Program-made: the position numbers and the translations under genes
The notes under the pieces: generated by a model
What the model was told of the DNA's origin: nothing
Databases searched by the model: none
What the model saw: the letters and a program-made list of their open reading frames with translations, nothing else
Part shown: positions 60,301 to 64,000 of the stretch, piece by piece
Layout of the letters: each line of letters opens with the position of its first letter
How positions within the stretch are numbered: position 1 is the stretch's first letter
Assembly (NCBI GenBank): GCA_964019335.1
Contig: OZ025657.1
Span: forward strand, 310,001-374,000
Length of the DNA stretch: 64,000 nucleotides
Source: Diplonema japonicum
Lineage: Eukaryota > Protista > Euglenozoa: Diplonemea
Reading direction: 5' to 3'

Positions 60301-63300
60301 CACTTGTGTCTGCGCTAGTTCAGTATTTAGAAGCTCGCAGTCGGTTGCACACTGTACACCGGCGGTCTCCAAGAGCGATATGGCCTTTGCGCCTTCTGCG
60401 AGTTTGCTTTCTAATTCCTTCTTTGCTTCTGTCAGGTCCTTCACCTTCAGAACAGCATTTCTCGAATCCTCTGTCACCTTCTGAGCAAGTCTCAGCCTGC
60501 GATACCCACTCCATATCGTGAGGTATCTGTGCACCAGCTGCTTGATGATGGAATTCCCCAGCTGTCCCACAGCACACTTCGTGAGCATCCTCTTTCTGTG
60601 GAACAAGAAGAGCGTGTGCAAGTACCGTTGCAGCAATGCCAAGGACCTGTGTTTGGCCGAAATCGCTACGGAGTGAAACCTTGTGGCAACAAGGTTGTTG
60701 TGGGACTTGGCAACTATCATGTCACGCTCCTCCAAGTGCGTGCCCAGGATGGCAGAACGGAAGGACACTTTCGCCAGGCCAGCATAAGAACAGAGGCGGT
60801 TGAAGCACACGGACAACATATGGCGCTGCGCGGTTTGGTACAACGATGCTACAGCAACTTTTTGGACGGACCTTGAGTGCTTCCGGTCAAGGGTGCCTTG
60901 TAGCCTGACGTAGTAGTCTTTTACAATAAGCTTTTCGGTGCTGCTGCGTAGACTGCAAGCTGCTTGAATCTGAATGTTGCGTACCGTCTTGCGACTTCTA
61001 AGTACGAGCAGGGAGTGGTAGTAGCGGGTGAGAAGACTATGGGTGCCTGCTTTGCCCAGCATGCGAGAGGAACAGCTGTGAAGGTACGCGACATGTGTGC
61101 GAGTAGCTGCTGCAGCTTCGAGGCTGGTGCGCATTCCTAGCTCGCTTGCAAGACGGGTTCTTTGTCTTTCCCGCAACACCGCAGCATTAACAGAAAGAAG
61201 CCACCAGTATCTCCTCATGACGGTCACCTCAGTAGACTTCAGCAGTGCTCCGAGCTTCGATTGTCTGCCCTCCTTCCTCTTGACTGAAGAATATGTCTCG
61301 TTGTTGTTGATAGCCACCTTCAGCTCGTACTGTAAAGAGATCACAGCACTCTCGGAATCTTGCAGCTTCGACAACAGTGCCTCCTTCTCCCTCTTCTCGC
61401 TAGCACACTGGGCATCTGCTCTTTCGCTTCGTTTCTGGAACGCATCAAACTCTTTCCATGCAACCTTTTTCTTCAGCAACACGTAGCACCTGCGGAGTGT
61501 CTGCTGCATGGTAATAACTTGCAGGACAGAAGCCTTCTTGGTGTTCCCTTTCTTTTTCTTGATCTGGCTAGCAGTTTCGAGGTCGTGGTGGTTCACCGCC
61601 AACTGGTAGGCAGCAGTTTTCTGTTCTTCCACAGTGGCCGCGAGGCTGGTGATTTCCTCCACGAGCCCCGCCTTCACGTCCTCCGTGTCACTGTTCAGCG
61701 ACATAAGCTGCTGCGTCTTTTCCTTTTGCCTTTCTAATTCAGCCTCTAGGAGTACTATGTTGTTGTGCGAGGCTTGTATCTCTTCCTCCTTGACAGCAAC
61801 AACTCTCTCTATAGCCTCACTGTGGCTGGTGCTTAAGCGGACCCCTTTCTTTAATTCCCTCCACACGACCCACATGCGCCAATACCGCGGTATCACCCGT
61901 AGATGCGGAACAGGAACGTCGCAGAGGACTTGTCTTCTCCGTAAAAACCTGTTGTGCTTCACGTAGTGCTGCAGTGATGCATAAGCTGGGAGCATTTGCT
62001 TTGCTGCGTTGTGGGAGATGAGCTGCGGGAGGCACCGCTTCCGCCTCATGGTACGGAGGTGCAATTTGAGTTTCCAGAAGTACGTGTGGTACACCTTGCG
62101 TTCGTTGTGGACACCGATAGAGGCACGTACGAACTTCTCAGTCGCTACTTGCTTTGAAGCGGCAGACCTCAGTCGCGAATCGGAGAGAGCGGCATGCTGT
62201 TGCGAGTGTTGCAGCTCCTGTGATAGCTTTGACACCGTACGCTCATGCTCGCTGACTATCAGCATCGCCTGGTCTAAGGACGTCTTTAGATCGTACAGTT
62301 TGTGCTGGCCATCTTCATTGCACGCTCGCAGCACCGCGATCTCCTGCTCCCTGCTGTCAAGGAGCCCCCGCAGCCCTGCTGCCTCACTGTCAATGTCCAT
62401 CAAACTGCTTATCTTTCTAGCCATATCCTCCCTCTCGAAGTCTCTTTCCTCATGCATCCGTCCAACAGTCGCCTTGAACCCGTCACGCTCTACGCTCAGT
62501 GCCCGCAGCTGATGGTCTCTCTCGGAGCCTGCTGCCTCGAGTACCTCCATCTCCGCTATCAAGCTGCTAACGTGGTTCTCGTGAGCAGTGTTTGAGGCCG
62601 AAAGCTTGCTTGCCTCTTCACGTGTGCCTGAGAGGTCCTCTTGCAGGGATTTCAGCTGTTCTTTGAGAACAAAGTTCTCAGAGTTCATGACTGCGAGCGC
62701 ATCGGCAGCTTTTGCATTCTCGTTAATCTGCTGCCGTAACAAGGCAATGGCATTAGTGTGCTCGGCCTTGGTCCTCCGTTCACCTTCGAGCTGGTTGGTC
62801 AGCTCCGATGCTTTCCTTTGGAGCTCCATGTTGCGTTCTGACGCATTGTCGTGACAATTCTTCAAGCTGCGCCCCTTCCATCTGACTTGCACCAACAACA
62901 AGTAGTACCTGCTCAGGAGGGCCTTCCTGCTAGCAGAAGAAAGCATCGCACGGAGTGCCTTCTTTCTGTTTGCCATGAGCTCCTCGTGTTTTTGAATATT
63001 CAAACACAGCCCTTTCTGGTAAATGTTCATCTCAGCTACATGTTGCTTTCTGATCGTGTTGATTCCCTGAAGTGTTGCGAGCTTCGCTTCTAATTCTGAG
63101 ATGTTGCAGCTTGCTGCAAAGCTCTTGTTTTGAATGGTTCTGCATTCGTCTTGCTTTCGCACGAGGTCTGCTTTCGCCCGCATGGCCGCCCGCCGAAGGG
63201 CATAAGTTGATAGCTTGCGCCATGCCTCACCGTACTGGCAGGTAGCGAGATACCTTGCGTGCTCGGCTGCAAGGACACGCTTTGTGCGAAGTGCCTTAAA

Positions 63301-64000
63301 CTCCGCAGACTGCTTCAAAACCTGCATCTCGTACATTTCCTCTTTGAAGCGCGGGTCCTCTACAGGGGATGCTTTTGGGCTGTCGGGAATACTGCTTTGA
63401 AACATCACTTCAGCCTCCAATCTTGTGATCTCCTCTTCGAGAAGGGCTCGCTGCTCCTCTCCCGTAAGAAGTTCTTCTTCCAGGTGCGACACCTTTGCTG
63501 TTCCCCTGCGTCGCGCAAGGCCCGCAGCATGGCTCCGCAGCATGGACCAGCAAGTGTGAAGGGTTGCCGTAGCTGTTTTTGTCCAGAGTAGCTTGGCTAT
63601 TTCCGCCCGTTGCGAGTACATCTGGTGACGGTACCGCTGCAAAGCCTTTGTGCAAGCGTTTCGTTGCAACCGTGCGTAGTACCTCCGAAGAACGTCCCTC
63701 TCGACGCAGGCAGCCATGGACTCGACTGCTGTATTGGCGACATGATGGCGTGCTGAGTCTATTGAGTCCTTCTGCGTACTGAGATCGCGGAGTTCCTTTT
63801 GCAGTGACTCCTTGTCTTTTTCAAGCACCTCAATACTTGATTCCATCTGCCCCACCTTAGCGCTGTGCCCTTTGTCGGCCGCTTCCATGCTCTGGATGCT
63901 GTCACAAAGACCAGCTAGCTGCGCCTCCAGTGTGCTTGCTGCTTCTGTTTTGTTGCCCACTTGAACCGTCAGCGTCTCCAGTCCCTTGCTCGTGGTGTCA
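57400..64000 (-). CDS. Giant coiled-coil protein with interspersed Sfi1-like repeats; 5' end outside the window
   Basis: Open frame of more than 2190 codons up to the window edge; heptad-rich blocks alternate with L..[YWF]..L motif blocks. Confidence 0.85.
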   Translation of the reverse strand, partial: DTTSKGLETLTVQVGNKTEAASTLEAQLAGLCDSIQSMEAADKGHSAKVGQMESSIEVLEKDKESLQKELRDLSTQKDSIDSARHHVANTAVESMAACVERDVLRRYYARLQRNACTKALQRYRHQMYSQRAEIAKLLWTKTATATLHTCWSMLRSHAAGLARRRGTAKVSHLEEELLTGEEQRALLEEEITRLEAEVMFQSSIPDSPKASPVEDPRFKEEMYEMQVLKQSAEFKALRTKRVLAAEHARYLATCQYGEAWRKLSTYALRRAAMRAKADLVRKQDECRTIQNKSFAASCNISELEAKLATLQGINTIRKQHVAEMNIYQKGLCLNIQKHEELMANRKKALRAMLSSASRKALLSRYYLLLVQVRWKGRSLKNCHDNASERNMELQRKASELTNQLEGERRTKAEHTNAIALLRQQINENAKAADALAVMNSENFVLKEQLKSLQEDLSGTREEASKLSASNTAHENHVSSLIAEMEVLEAAGSERDHQLRALSVERDGFKATVGRMHEERDFEREDMARKISSLMDIDSEAAGLRGLLDSREQEIAVLRACNEDGQHKLYDLKTSLDQAMLIVSEHERTVSKLSQELQHSQQHAALSDSRLRSAASKQVATEKFVRASIGVHNERKVYHTYFWKLKLHLRTMRRKRCLPQLISHNAAKQMLPAYASLQHYVKHNRFLRRRQVLCDVPVPHLRVIPRYWRMWVVWRELKKGVRLSTSHSEAIERVVAVKEEEIQASHNNIVLLEAELERQKEKTQQLMSLNSDTEDVKAGLVEEITSLAATVEEQKTAAYQLAVNHHDLETASQIKKKKGNTKKASVLQVITMQQTLRRCYVLLKKKVAWKEFDAFQKRSERADAQCASEKREKEALLSKLQDSESAVISLQYELKVAINNNETYSSVKRKEGRQSKLGALLKSTEVTVMRRYWWLLSVNAAVLRERQRTRLASELGMRTSLEAAAATRTHVAYLHSCSSRMLGKAGTHSLLTRYYHSLLVLRSRKTVRNIQIQAACSLRSSTEKLIVKDYYVRLQGTLDRKHSRSVQKVAVASLYQTAQRHMLSVCFNRLCSYAGLAKVSFRSAILGTHLEERDMIVAKSHNNLVATRFHSVAISAKHRSLALLQRYLHTLFLFHRKRMLTKCAVGQLGNSIIKQLVHRYLTIWSGYRRLRLAQKVTEDSRNAVLKVKDLTEAKKELESKLAEGAKAISLLETAGVQCATDCELLNTELAQTQVKMNGHVAEGRKLALLNSDLRSELEDKEQVAQELKRDIAKLEKINKKKKVTERDLRGTIQALQEENSILHGDNSELLEKKKETSKNEMVTAVRILELQNNIASLEEGAAAHEELKDKYSKLNAETESLQHSTQNLHSQNQELSQKLQDTTTALTNQKYTSDVAEEALQSKMALLKRNSNAAISMHLLHLNETRILHRCWVQLVLLKQSSITQKIMRESSSYTSGRAVLTLLQMRERNLLFIYYKKLQGHRQQNMHEFRLLEFERSVEEEKLEQEMCDKLTKTAFREQISAAIQRALSTQLMRATFLKLVAHRKHSIKRTALAKRCFQIEEKNTRVFMSRVYAAFTSNRTKKLKLKKLLSNSTGLRNLVAHDLMGGYLRKLRIFAATSQAAKTVSVLKETQNSVLDAMHTQHSSLAAKLEEELSSALAKGSYFEGKFVEEEAKYKKAKADLVGLHANATGLEKRAHSAEEQAADHLRALKQLREENEATEGRLKKWQKAHEDLSRESSATKHQLENSVNSYEVSARKKEKELQSSREETESLTAALRSKEAEFSKLSAMHNSLQEDFGSAKLSQTNERVSLERKLEEAHENNIKMHAERTEEREALQSDVEGLSLQLASTKLMLDSAKQDLKEAAEVELSLSTQLKEATSETMHLAEKIETTLHNTSERASEMEQQMRDLTEANDALEEVVNKAKLDNSEKAERIALLDGRLSQTTDERTELEEELYALKTQRGAIEASTEVMEKRCKELQETVAAGKTKLAEVVDELNVKSEALLTADDRVNHHEAALAKATRRTRELEEELAELTEQLAEHDNIEALMEEEIDALREEKGKKEEEHSDILETTVREKAEALAKIKDISMLANSAAEELAVCSDKSAEMEAELERCEATLHELEEKYATLKEEKRLLTEEKKLFKEKLVFAEEARGHAPHSVEIDPAPKLPLDDSLDNMDTSRLLSPTGHQDLDFHS

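Overview
Eukaryotic protist DNA, most consistent with a euglenozoan of diplonemid type (inference). All 16 credible protein genes lie on the minus strand in one head-to-tail cluster. Intergenic DNA is full of A/T and G/C homopolymers, and there are short GT-AG introns with A- or CA-rich 3' ends. Genes: two near-identical glutathionyl-hydroquinone reductase (GST omega/Xi) copies, a FYVE protein, a ~3390-aa multipass membrane protein ending in 13 tandem FixL-like heme-PAS domains, an ORC1/CDC6-like ATPase, a protein with an RIIa/Dpy-30-like N-terminus and four phytochelatin-synthase-like repeats, EBP2, a Tudor-like protein, a PH protein, CPSF3, an MMPL/RND transporter, DNMT2, a cathepsin L-like protease with extra Cys-rich repeats, a giant coiled-coil protein and several hypothetical genes. 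Accessory DNA: two non-autonomous TIR elements with P-like termini that share internal modules but have different TIRs, a Kolobok-like TTAA element, a frameshifted tyrosine-recombinase remnant, and a LINE-like 3' fragment with a 22-bp tandem tail whose terminal motif recurs alone 37 kb away. Highlights are the 13-heme-PAS membrane protein with no output domain, the tiny 3'-clustered introns that mostly lack polypyrimidine tracts, and the modular transposons. All calls are by eye; no searches were run.
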